A stretch of 54,877 bases of DNA, filler included, from Malassezia furfur (Eukaryota), in assembly GCA_052055015.1 (NCBI GenBank). It is 2 parts of 2 records of this genome, joined end to end, with 100 filler letters (N's around TTAATTAATTAA, not from the genome) between each part and the next. Parts side by side here need not be neighbours in the genome. Positions count along the whole stretch, not along the records: positions 27,492 to 54,877 come from JBQJIT010000117.1; 1 more part is not named here. One strand, written 5' to 3'. The notes beneath the pieces are model-generated. The model ran no database searches and was not told the DNA's origin. It worked only from the letters and a program-made list of their open reading frames with translations. Both the position numbers and the translations under genes were made by a program. Shown here piece by piece: positions 45,814 to 54,877 of this stretch; position 1 is the stretch's first letter; the number at the start of each line of letters is the position of its first letter.

Positions 45814-46669
45814 TTAGATCTGTGGGCCGCGAGCGGATGTGGTTAGCATTTGTTCTCAAACATGCATGTAGCATGTATCCAATACGTACGTAGCTAGAGA
45901 GCCACCGGAAGCCTTCGCCGTAGCCCTGGCGCATCACGACAGAGCACATAAACACCTCAATAGGGCGGATGTCCTTGAGAGGCACGTTGCCCTGGATATT
46001 AGCCAAACGATCAGTATACACGTACCTTGCCGGTGGTCTGGTACAGACCCAGCGCCTGCCTGAGCTCCTCCTCCGAGACAGCGCCAGGAGCGTCGATCTT
46101 GTTGCCGAGAATCAGGAACGGCACCTTGTTCAGCTCCTCGATGGCCAGCAGCTGGTCCAGCTCGGCACGAGCCTCAGGGAAACGCTCTTGGTCTTGGGTG
46201 TCGACCAGGAAGACGATGCCGTCGACCTCGGGGAAGTAGTCCTTCCACAGACGGCGCGCTGAATAAGTGTCAACACGTACCCTGCTGGTGACCACCCAGG
46301 TCATAGGTGGTGAACTTGACGAGGCCAATGGCGAGTTCCTCCGAAGCTGCACGGTGAGATGGAAGACATACTAGGGTGGAGCGTGGGCTGCAGTGTAGCC
46401 AGACGGTCGTTCTTGAGCATGTGCAGCAGCGTCTGTGGGTCAGTTCTGTGGTACTGTGCATACCGTCTTGCCGGCATTGTCAAGACCCAGGAACAGAATC
46501 TTGGCGTTTTTGTGCGTCAGACCTGGCGATTAGCATGGTGTTCTTAGGACGTGTCCACTCAGGCACGCCCACACATACCCAGCTGCGCAAGGATATCCTA
46601 CAGGTGTTAGTACACGTTCTTTTGTATTGTGTGTCGCAGACATACCCAGAACCAGTTGATAATGAACAT
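45814..46669 (-). CDS. SAR1: Sar1 small GTPase (COPII); 8 exons
   Basis: [52 protein letters not shown]; last coding exon is only ATC TAA. Confidence 0.95.
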
Positions 46670-46898
46670 CGTGAATAGACGCTAGTGACCAACGATAGCA
46701 GTAGCAGTGGACGCGTGAATCGTCTCCAGATGGTGCGGCACTGGGGGACCAGCCGTTTCTCGGCCGACAGTGGGGGTGCCCCGTGCACCAGCCCTGCCGT
46801 GCCCGGACGCTACAATTATTCTAGAAGTACGAAGGTCACGGTGAACGTGCGCTGCTAGGACAGTGCTGGAAAAAAATCGCATGTTTGGCTCAATACAA

Positions 46899-48196
46899 TT
46901 ATTCAAGAGTAACCCGTAAGGACTCCGGTGCCGCAGGCTCGAAGTTGTTCACATCAATACCGCGCTCAAGCAGCGCAGGCTCTGCCCGCTTCGGCACGAG
47001 GTGCTTGATGAGATCCGGGCGAATAGACAGCTCCTCCCGCGTGAAGTTGAAAAGATCGGGCATAGGCCTGCCGTTCGAGAGAATGACGTCCTCCTCGCGC
47101 AATTCGTCAAAGAACGGATGGCAGAGCGCCTCCACCGCGGTTAGCCGGGCGTGCGGGGTGTATTGAAGCAGGTTGGTGATCAGGTCGATCGCATCTGCGG
47201 GCGTGCGCGGGCGGAAGATCTTGGAGAACGGATGCGGGCGAATTTGCGGGAACTTGTGCTCCATATAGTTGGGGTTCATCGTCTTAATCTGCTCACGCGA
47301 AGGCGTGCCGAGGACCTTGATGATCTCCACCAGCTGGTCGATTCCGCTCTCGCCCGGGAACAAGGGGAGGCCCTGCATGAGCTCAGCCATAACACAGCCC
47401 GTGGACCAAATATCTTACGGTTAGTTGCAGTTGCACGTACCAATATTCGTCGTGTAGTTCGTGGCGCCAAAAATCAGCTCCGGGGCGCGGTAATAACGCG
47501 AGCAAATGTAGCTCACGTTGGGCTCGCCAGGGACAAGAATCTTTGCCGAGCCAAAGTCGCACAGCTTCAGCACACCGGTGCGCGGGTCAAGAAGAAGGTT
47601 TTGCGGCTTAATGTCGCGGTGGCAGATACCGAGCGAATGGATATACGCCAGACTGCGAAGGATCTGGTACATGTACAGTTTGACCAAGAGCATGGGCATG
47701 GTCTGTTTCACCTTCGTGTAGTGACGGGTGGCACGGTATACCGTTTCCGGTACGTATTCCAGCACAAGGTTCAAAAACACCTCATCCTTCTTGTCCCCAT
47801 TGGTGTAGAAAAAGGCGCGCAGGTCCACGACGTTGGGGTGTTTGATGACACGCATTATCTGCAATTCACGGTTCTGGGTAAGTAACAAGACGTACCTTGA
47901 AGCGCTTATCTTGAAGCACCTTCTTGATCGCGATGCTGTCGTTGCCTTCTGCGTCTTCGTCGCCGCGCGCTGCCTGTGCAGCATCGCCGCCTGTATGCAC
48001 AAGACGCGCTTGAAACACCACACCGAAACTTCCATTTCCGATGATGCGGCAGTTGGTATAAGCAATCTCACGCTGTTCCCCCGTCTTTCCGTCCGACGCG
48101 AGGACTTTGACCACCTTATTGGGATCCTCCAGACCTGCCGGTGTTAGAATGGGCCGAAATCACACCACACGTACCTTGGAGTTTGGCACCACTCAT
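46899..48196 (-). CDS. GSK3: Glycogen synthase kinase-3 family kinase; 4 exons
   Basis: [45 protein letters not shown]; introns 48135-48174, 47874-47895, 47414-47440. Confidence 0.95.
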
Positions 48197-48479
48197 TATG
48201 GAGGTGTAAGTCTTCGTGGGTTGCTCCTAATTCAATTCACACAATAAAGTCTCGTTCTGGACACGGGACGCGGATTAACAAACACGTCGGATCTCACTGT
48301 GGGCGCTTCGGGTCCCACAAGTTCAGTTGTGACCTCCCGTGCGTAGCCCAACGTATTAGCGGGGCAGACTCGGCCGACGCGTCAGCCGATCGGAGATACG
48401 TGGAAGCTGTGCACGCGAATGTGGGGATGCATGCAATTTAGTGCCTTGTAGGGCGCCAAGGCCTAACCAGACGCGTCCT

Positions 48480-49574
48480 ATGCGCCAGGCACGTTCATAT
48501 GCGCAGGGACAGGCGTTTCTGCGCAGTGCTGCTGCGCCAGGCGAGGTGGGCGCGCCAATCTTCTCTCATTTAGAGGGCAAGTTTCCCTTACGCCTTTTAA
48601 CCCCGCGCGCTTCGAGCCAAAACGCAACTCGCAATGCTGCAGCGTATGGAACAGCGCCGGTGAAGGGTGTTGGCGTGCTTTTTGTGCTGAATTACGGCGG
48701 AGGACTGGTCAGTGGTGACCACATCGATCTCAACTTCGATGTAGGATCCCACACGCGGCTCCTGAGCCTCACTCAGGGCAGCACGAAGGTATACTGCGAG
48801 CGGCGAACGGGCGATCCACCAGCGGTCCGCAACCAGGCGCAGCCCGCGCGGCCCGTGTCCAAACAATACTTTCGTTACATTGTTCGCCCGGACGCTACGT
48901 TGATTATTCTTCCGGCACCCGTGACATGTTTTGCTCGGTCGCGTTATGACCAAACGCAACTTGTGGACTTGCGCGACGCTCATACGTCGTCTCTCATATT
49001 GCTCGACTGGTTCACGTCGGGTCGCCTGTTTGTCGATGGACCAAAAGAGAGCACAGACATGGATCGTATCCCTGAGTTCTGGCATTTCTACCAGTATCGC
49101 AGCCGCAACGAGGTGCGGGTGAACGGGCAGGTCATTGCGCGAGACTGCCTCGACCTGTCTCAGGACTTGCCCGAGAACATGAAACGCGACGAGCCCACCG
49201 ACTTGTCCCGCCGATGTGCTCCTTACACATGTTATGCCACGCTCATTCTTTACGGGCCCGAAACTCATGCTATCTGTGACGCCCTGCAAAGCGAATTCGA
49301 CGAGATTCAGCAAGCGCAGCCTTTGCTGCGATCAGGTACCACTACGGGCCCGACGCGTGTCGACTTGCCTCCTTTGCTGTGGAGCACGAGTTCGTTGGCC
49401 TCGAGTGCCCCTGTTCCCGGCAGTGATCCCAAGGCCGCCAAGAACACCCAGTCTGGCCTTGTCGTCCGCGTTGCGGGCATTGACACCGACGAAGTGCGCA
49501 ACTGGCTGTATCAACATTTGCAGCCTGTGTGCCATCTGGTGGGCAGTGACATGTATCGAATGGCATTGGGATGA
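48480..49574 (+). CDS. ureD: Urease accessory protein UreD (fungal Ure4)
   Basis: FPLRLLTP, YGGGLVSGD, LTQGSTKVY, LPAPVTCF, LLDWFTSGR. Confidence 0.9.
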   Translation: MRQARSYAQGQAFLRSAAAPGEVGAPIFSHLEGKFPLRLLTPRASSQNATRNAAAYGTAPVKGVGVLFVLNYGGGLVSGDHIDLNFDVGSHTRLLSLTQGSTKVYCERRTGDPPAVRNQAQPARPVSKQYFRYIVRPDATLIILPAPVTCFARSRYDQTQLVDLRDAHTSSLILLDWFTSGRLFVDGPKESTDMDRIPEFWHFYQYRSRNEVRVNGQVIARDCLDLSQDLPENMKRDEPTDLSRRCAPYTCYATLILYGPETHAICDALQSEFDEIQQAQPLLRSGTTTGPTRVDLPPLLWSTSSLASSAPVPGSDPKAAKNTQSGLVVRVAGIDTDEVRNWLYQHLQPVCHLVGSDMYRMALG

Positions 49575-49594
49575 GGAGTAGCATACATAAAGGA

Positions 49595-50226
49595 TTACGA
49601 CGGCGCACCTTGGTCAGGCAGGCGCTCAATACGACATTGGCGGCGTGCAATGTACATCAGTGGGATACCAGGGACCTGACGCACGCGGCGACGCAGTTCA
49701 CGATCACACGTGGCGACAATGTAGCACTTGTGGCTCTTTATCCGCTCAATGATGCAATCGTCCGCATAGGTGCCCTTGTGCGTGCACTCGAGGCGCTCGA
49801 ACCGTGGGTCCCGAGCGACCCGAAGGGCAATGCGGTATTTGGGACCCAACTTCTCCAATTCAGAGATCACACAACTGGTAATGCAAGGAATGGCTGCGTG
49901 AGCAAAAACACGTACTCTTGGCATAGAGACAGTCCATCATGCCTTGAATAAGCTCAATCTTGTTCTGCAGCGCAAAGTTGATAAAGTTTGTGTCCACAAG
50001 AACCCGGTACGGCGGGCCCAGGGCCGCGTTATGCTGGAAGAACATGGAGGATGCAGCAAGTTCAACATGCCTCTTCTTGTCGTCCTCCTTTTTTGCCTGA
50101 GCCACGGCTTTCTCTTTGTTCTCTTTCCTGTCATTAGTTGGTGGTGGAAACGTACAGTCGCTGGTCATTCGGGTTCAAGAGGCGCTTCACCGCGCCAAAC
50201 TTGCGCACCTGCTTCTGCTTGCCCAT
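49595..50226 (-). CDS. FCF1: PIN-domain rRNA-processing endonuclease Fcf1/Utp24; 3 exons
   Basis: LGPPYRVLVDTNFINF, CTHKGTYADDC, YIVATCDRELRRR; introns 50128-50155 and 49894-49915. Confidence 0.95.
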
Positions 50227-50638
50227 GGCGCTGGGTCTACTCCACTTGCCACCGACGCTTTGGAAAAAAGTTGGCAGCCACGTGATGCGGTGCGGAAGCC
50301 CTTAGGGCTGCGCGTACAGTGCGCTTGGCACGGTGGCTGGGGCTAAATTTCTCGGCTGCGCCAAAGTGTGGGGGTCCCCCGCTGACGGGATCCAAACTTG
50401 GCAGGAGGGAGGAGGGTGTGTGCTTCGTTCAAAGCAGTCCATAGCCACAGATAATACATGGATGCATGTGGGAGATACTACAAGACAAGCTCACTCCGGC
50501 CGATTACGTAGACACCATAGAACGAGGCGTGAACATGGAGAAGGTATGGGCCATAATCAGACCGAGTGCGCAGCTGCCAGTGTAAAGAGCAGCGACTCGT
50601 GCGCCCAAGGTGACCACGCGTCCTAAACTTGACCGCGT

Positions 50639-51124
50639 TTAGAAACCGTGCACCTTGACATCCTGCTTGGGGATGCCCTCCTCAATCCTGACGGTCAGTT
50701 TGTGGGTGGCAACGTACAGGAACATGGAAATTTTCTGGCGCTGGTCACCCTGAAGCTGGATAACCTGACCGAGCTCCTCGTCATCCACAATGGTGCCATT
50801 GCAAGCAAACTCCTTCTTGAACGCCTTGAGCAGCTTCTTGGCGTCGTACTCTGTGGTCAGCGTACCATTTTGCCACCCCCACATACCCTTCGGAAGACCT
50901 TGCAGGGTCGTAAGCGTCTTACGACCGTTGCGCTGCTGGATACGGATGTGAACGTAGTTGTTCACCTGGGAGGCCTTCTTCTTGTCCTCCACGGGGTCCT
51001 CAGCAATGGGTTGGTCTTCGCCAACGTCCGCGAAGGGGTCTGTGCGTATGTGTTAGCCCTGTCCTTTCTATCCAGCAACGTGATGCTTGTACATACCGTA
51101 GCTTGCCAGATTCTGAATGCTCAT
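50639..51124 (-). CDS. SUI1: Translation initiation factor eIF1; 4 exons
   Basis: YDPFAD, HIRIQQRNGRKTLTT, KKEFACNG, IQLQGDQR, KVHGF; introns 51040-51096, 50851-50886, 50688-50717. Confidence 0.96.
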
Positions 51125-51233
51125 AAGCTGTTCCACGAGACGATTAAAGCTTGCTTTTTGGTGGGATGCGAAGCCGTACAAAAAGTGCGGCGATGCGTTT
51201 CACTTCACGTGACCAACTAGCTGGCTCCTCCTG

Positions 51234-51841
51234 ATGGCTGGACCAGATGCCCACAAGCGGAGCGTGGTCAAGCATCGTACGCGCGCTCCGCAAAAGCCGC
51301 GCTCGCATGGTGGCTTTGCGGTAGGCGCGACAAACGTGCCAACCGGCGCGTACATTGGGCGAGGTACGTGCGCATGACTCACGCAGCGAAGAAACTCAAG
51401 GCCGACCTTATCCACAAGGCCAAGGTCAAGAAAGCCTACTACAAACTGCTAGAGAAGGAAGGGGCGCCTCAGCCCTCGCACGCTGAAGAAGAAGAACAGA
51501 AGGAGGAAGAAGAGGAGCAGGAGCTGGGCCGTTTTGCGCCCGAGGACCCCGAACACGACCTGCTCGAGCGCGTTTCGAAAAAGGACGAGCGGCCCCGAGC
51601 CGCGCCCAAGCCCAAGGCGCCGGCGAAAAAGAAGCTGTCCTACTTCTACACCCCCCCAAAGCAGGAGAAGACCAAGCAGGATGCGCCAAAGCGCACGCGC
51701 GAAGAGGCGCTGGCCGAGCGTGACGAGCGGCGGAAGCTGTGGAACAAGAAATCGCCGAGCCAGCAAGGCCGTGCGCGTGGCCAACCCGATCTGGGTGCGC
51801 GCATGCAGGTCATGCTCGACAAGATCCAGCGCAGCTCCTAG
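51234..51841 (+). CDS. Fyv7/TAP26-like rRNA-processing protein; 2 exons
   Basis: GFAVGATNVPTGAY-KKLKADLIHKAKVKKAY and C-terminal RGQPDLGARMQVMLDKIQ; 23-nt intron 51364-51386. Confidence 0.75.
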
Positions 51842-51871
51842 ATACCCGTTCATGTTTATAATTGCTTCATT

Positions 51872-53485
51872 CTACGTCGCATGTACATCGTAGCGTGCCA
51901 CGCGGCCGTGCCGCGCGAGGTGGGCGTGGAGGTCGTTGAGGCGCGTCGCCTCGGCCTCGAGGGAGTCGATCGATTCGTGGAGGTGCTCGGCCAGGATCCG
52001 GCGTTTCATACGGTCCATGGTGGGGTCCATGCGTTTGAGCTCGTCTGCGAGCTCCGAGTAGAGCCGCTTTTGATGCAGGAACTCGCGGCGGTGCTGCTCA
52101 AACACCTGCTCCAGGACGCGCAGCTCGGCGTCCGAGAGAAAAGGCGCCGGCGACTCTTGCAGACGGCGGAGCAGGACCTCGCTCGTGATGTCCGCCGCCT
52201 CGCGCGTGCGCAGGCCGGCGCGGATCCGGTCCTTGCGCGAACGACGCAAATGCGGGTCCGGGCTGTTGGGTAATCCCATGGCCTCGGCCACGGCGCGGCA
52301 AACTTGCTCGTAGCGCTCCTGTGCCGTGTGGATGCCGTTCCGACCCGGGTCCGGGACATGCGGTATTTCGGCAGCGCGCCAGTTGGCGTCGTCGGCGCGC
52401 GCAGGCGCGGCGCGGCTCGGTTCAAAACGAGCCGGGTCCGCCTGCCACGGGGCGTGGCTCGGTTTTTCGTATGGAGGCGTGAGCGGCGCGCCCCGGCGAG
52501 AGGCAGGAACGTGGCCCTGGAGCTGTTCGAGAGTCTGAGAGATGCGCGCAAGCTCCTCGTAGAGCCGCGCAATGTTCGAGGCCATCTCGGGGCCCATCTC
52601 GGTAGTAGGCAGCGGACGGGGACTGCGGACCGGTGGGTCGGACCGTGGTGGGTCGGACCGTGGTGGGTCGGACCGTGACGCGCCCTGCAGCGCAGACGCA
52701 AGCTGGCGCGCGAGGCGGTCCATCGGCTCAGGCGCACACTGCGCCTCGTGCACATGGAAGGATGCGGCAAGGTGCGCGAGCTCCTGCTTGTGTGCGTCGA
52801 CCTCGGCTTCCAGCGCCGAGGTGCGCTGCATCAGCGCCTCGAGCCCCGTCTTGGCCAAGGGTGTCCCCGAGCGAATCTCGCTGACCTCGCGCTCCATGTT
52901 GCGTATGCACGAGACGAGTGCCTCGAGCTGGTGCTCGGCCCATCGCACATGCTCGGGGAGGTGTGCCGGCGTTTCCTCGTTCACCTTGGTCTCGGCGCTG
53001 GAGTGCCGGCTGCCCTGGGGGCTGGGCCTGCGAGTGTAGGTGCGCGGCTGGGCCGGCGGCTTAGCAGGAGCGTCGTCGTCTGACGCATCCTCGACGCGCG
53101 CGATGCGCGAAATGTCGAGGTGCTCCTTCGCCTCGCGGCTCAGGCGCGGGCGGACGTGATGGTTCAGACGGCGTCCCTTGTCGCGTGGTGTCGCAAGGAA
53201 CACGGTATGGTTTCCGGTAGACTGGGAGAGCAGATGCGGGATCTGGTCCTCGTCAGACGTCTCGGACGCCTCCGAGTCGCTGGCGCGGCGAGCGCGCGCA
53301 AGGCGGTGGGCGTAGGCCTTGCGCGTCGTGCTGTGCCGCAGGCTGTTTTCGTCGAGGAACGAGCTGGTGCGCACACGTTCCGGTGCATCAAAATGCATGT
53401 CGAGCTCGCGTTCAACGTCGCGCCTGTGCTGCTCCTCGGCGGACGCCGGGATCGAGAACGAGGCGCCGAGACGCGCCCACGACAT
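51872..53485 (-). CDS. Spindle-pole-body protein with C-terminal Cep57 microtubule-binding-like domain (Ppc89/Cep57-like)
   Basis: EFLHQKRLYSELADELKRMDPT...KRRILAEHLHESIDSLE matches the Cep57_MT_bd pattern as I recall it; central coiled coil. Confidence 0.7.
   Translation of the reverse strand: MSWARLGASFSIPASAEEQHRRDVERELDMHFDAPERVRTSSFLDENSLRHSTTRKAYAHRLARARRASDSEASETSDEDQIPHLLSQSTGNHTVFLATPRDKGRRLNHHVRPRLSREAKEHLDISRIARVEDASDDDAPAKPPAQPRTYTRRPSPQGSRHSSAETKVNEETPAHLPEHVRWAEHQLEALVSCIRNMEREVSEIRSGTPLAKTGLEALMQRTSALEAEVDAHKQELAHLAASFHVHEAQCAPEPMDRLARQLASALQGASRSDPPRSDPPRSDPPVRSPRPLPTTEMGPEMASNIARLYEELARISQTLEQLQGHVPASRRGAPLTPPYEKPSHAPWQADPARFEPSRAAPARADDANWRAAEIPHVPDPGRNGIHTAQERYEQVCRAVAEAMGLPNSPDPHLRRSRKDRIRAGLRTREAADITSEVLLRRLQESPAPFLSDAELRVLEQVFEQHRREFLHQKRLYSELADELKRMDPTMDRMKRRILAEHLHESIDSLEAEATRLNDLHAHLARHGRVARYDVHAT
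52632..52676. repeat. Coding minisatellite, 3 exact copies of 15 bp GGTGGGTCGGACCGT (RSDPP repeat)
   Basis: Read directly from the sequence. Confidence 0.9.
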
Positions 53486-53563
53486 GGCAGCTCGTGTTTC
53501 TCTCCGGCGCGTCGGCCGCGTCGGTCACGTGCCATACGCACGGACGGGCTGGCCCCACTCACC

Positions 53564-54877
53564 ATGAAGCCGAGTGTTGGGTTCGTGCACCCCGACCTGG
53601 GGATCGGCGGCGCGGAGCGGTTTGTCGTGGATGCGGCTGTGCGCTTGAAGGAGCTTGGTCATGATGTGCGCATCTTCACCTCGCATTATGACCCGTCTCA
53701 CGCATTTGAGCCCACGTTCGACGGCACGCTGCCGGTCGAGCACGCGGAAACGCGCGTGCCCCGCTCCATCTTTGCGCGACTGCACTTGCCGATGGCGATC
53801 CTGCAGCAGCTCTCGTTAGTGTGGCAGCTGTGCTGGGCGACGCACGGCGCGAAGCTCGCGCAGCGTGCGCCTATGCTCTATGCGATGCTGACGAGCCTGC
53901 CGCCTTCGGCGATGCCCGACGTGTTTGTGATCGACCAGCTGCCCGTGGCGATCCCGCTGCTCAAGCTGCTGTGTGCGCGGCGCATCCTGTACTACTGCCA
54001 CTTCCCTGACAAGGAGATCAGTGCATCGCTCGCGGCGCAGCGCAACGCGACGGGCTGGCTGCGTTCGCTGTACCGCCTGCCGCTCGACGCGCTCGAGGAA
54101 GTCACGACGGCGTTTGCCGACCGCACTGTGGCCAACTCGCAATTCACCGCTTTACATTTCCGGCGCGCATTCCCTCGCATCCAATACACGCCCCATGTGA
54201 TCTACCCCGGCGTGGACGAACAGGCCTACCAGTCGGCACAGGTGTCGCGTGCGCTGCTGGCGTATGAGGCCAAGCATACGAGCAGCGTCGACAAGCAGGT
54301 GTTTGATGCGGTGAGTGCCGTGCTCTCGGTCAACGACCGCCCGACGTTTGTCTCGGTGAACCGCTTCGAGGCCAAAAAGAACATTGCGCTCGCGCTCGAC
54401 ACCGTCGCGCGGCTGCGCTCCGTGTCGCAGAGCGACCTGCCGCGCCTGCTCGTCGCAGGCGGCTACGACCACCGCGTGCACGACAACGTCGAGACGCTCG
54501 CGGCGCTGCGCGCGCAGGCAACGCGTCTCGGCCTGCCGCATGTCACGCTGTGGTGTGCCCCGCCCGCCTACAAGCCGCCGCAGTCGCCGCCGCCGCTCGA
54601 GGCGGTGCAGCATGCGGCGGTGGTTTTCTTCCCGTCGCTTCCGAGCCCGCTGCTGCACACGCTGCTGCTGAACAAGTCGGTGTGCGCGCTGCTATATACC
54701 CCGAAGAATGAGCATTTCGGGATCGTGCCACTCGAGGCGATGGTCTGCGGCGTGCCGGTGATTGCGACCAACACCGGTGGCCCGCTCGAGACCGTGGTCG
54801 ACGCCGACGTGGACGCGCGCGGCCTGCCGCAGGCCGCCGACGCCACGGGGCTGCTGCGCGCGCCCGAGCCGCGGGCA
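53564..54877 (+). CDS. ALG2: Alpha-1,3/1,6-mannosyltransferase Alg2, 3'-partial
   Basis: FVHPDLGIGGAERFVVDAA, YYCHFPDK, SVNRFEAKKNI, AGGYDHRV, LLYTPKNEHFGIVPLEAM; missing from the ORF track because there is no stop in the window. Confidence 0.95.
   Translation, partial: MKPSVGFVHPDLGIGGAERFVVDAAVRLKELGHDVRIFTSHYDPSHAFEPTFDGTLPVEHAETRVPRSIFARLHLPMAILQQLSLVWQLCWATHGAKLAQRAPMLYAMLTSLPPSAMPDVFVIDQLPVAIPLLKLLCARRILYYCHFPDKEISASLAAQRNATGWLRSLYRLPLDALEEVTTAFADRTVANSQFTALHFRRAFPRIQYTPHVIYPGVDEQAYQSAQVSRALLAYEAKHTSSVDKQVFDAVSAVLSVNDRPTFVSVNRFEAKKNIALALDTVARLRSVSQSDLPRLLVAGGYDHRVHDNVETLAALRAQATRLGLPHVTLWCAPPAYKPPQSPPPLEAVQHAAVVFFPSLPSPLLHTLLLNKSVCALLYTPKNEHFGIVPLEAMVCGVPVIATNTGGPLETVVDADVDARGLPQAADATGLLRAPEPRA

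Noticed and set aside
48480..49574. ureD (and the VanZ-like gene) as bacterial horizontal transfers
   Set aside because: Both families are native to fungi; the VanZ-like gene has host-type introns and there is no operon context
52632..52676. CRISPR-like direct repeats
   Set aside because: No spacers, in frame inside a CDS, eukaryotic context and no cas genes

Overview
Eukaryotic, not prokaryotic: a very gene-dense basidiomycete yeast chromosome segment. Malassezia-like is an inference from the tiny GT-AG introns, minimal intergenic spaces and a high-GC background. I can support about 33 protein-coding genes, almost all housekeeping: TRAX, TIP20, TMEM184, QCR7, HEM14, FBP1, perilipin-like, PCL cyclin, Sec7 GEF, a PWP2-HAS1-UTP21-MDN1 ribosome-biogenesis block, SET9, RPT3, PRO3, MON2, a P450, AIM41, MET30, RPL26, SAR1, GSK3, UreD, FCF1, SUI1, FYV7-like, Ppc89/Cep57-like and ALG2. 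There are also two intron-containing tRNAs (Asp-GTC and initiator Met) and an artificial 100-bp contig linker that interrupts MDN1. No mobile element or CRISPR array is evident. The most interesting signals are at RNA level: a hairpin-tiled 210-nt intron in the sulfur regulator MET30 with competing pairings over its splice signals; a structured unannotated ~550-nt locus between RPT3 and PRO3; a nested mini-intron in the long RPL26 intron; a 22-nt floor on intron size; and a broad GC trough around the tRNA pair. Exon coordinates were read by hand, and protein identities come from motif recognition, not database searches.
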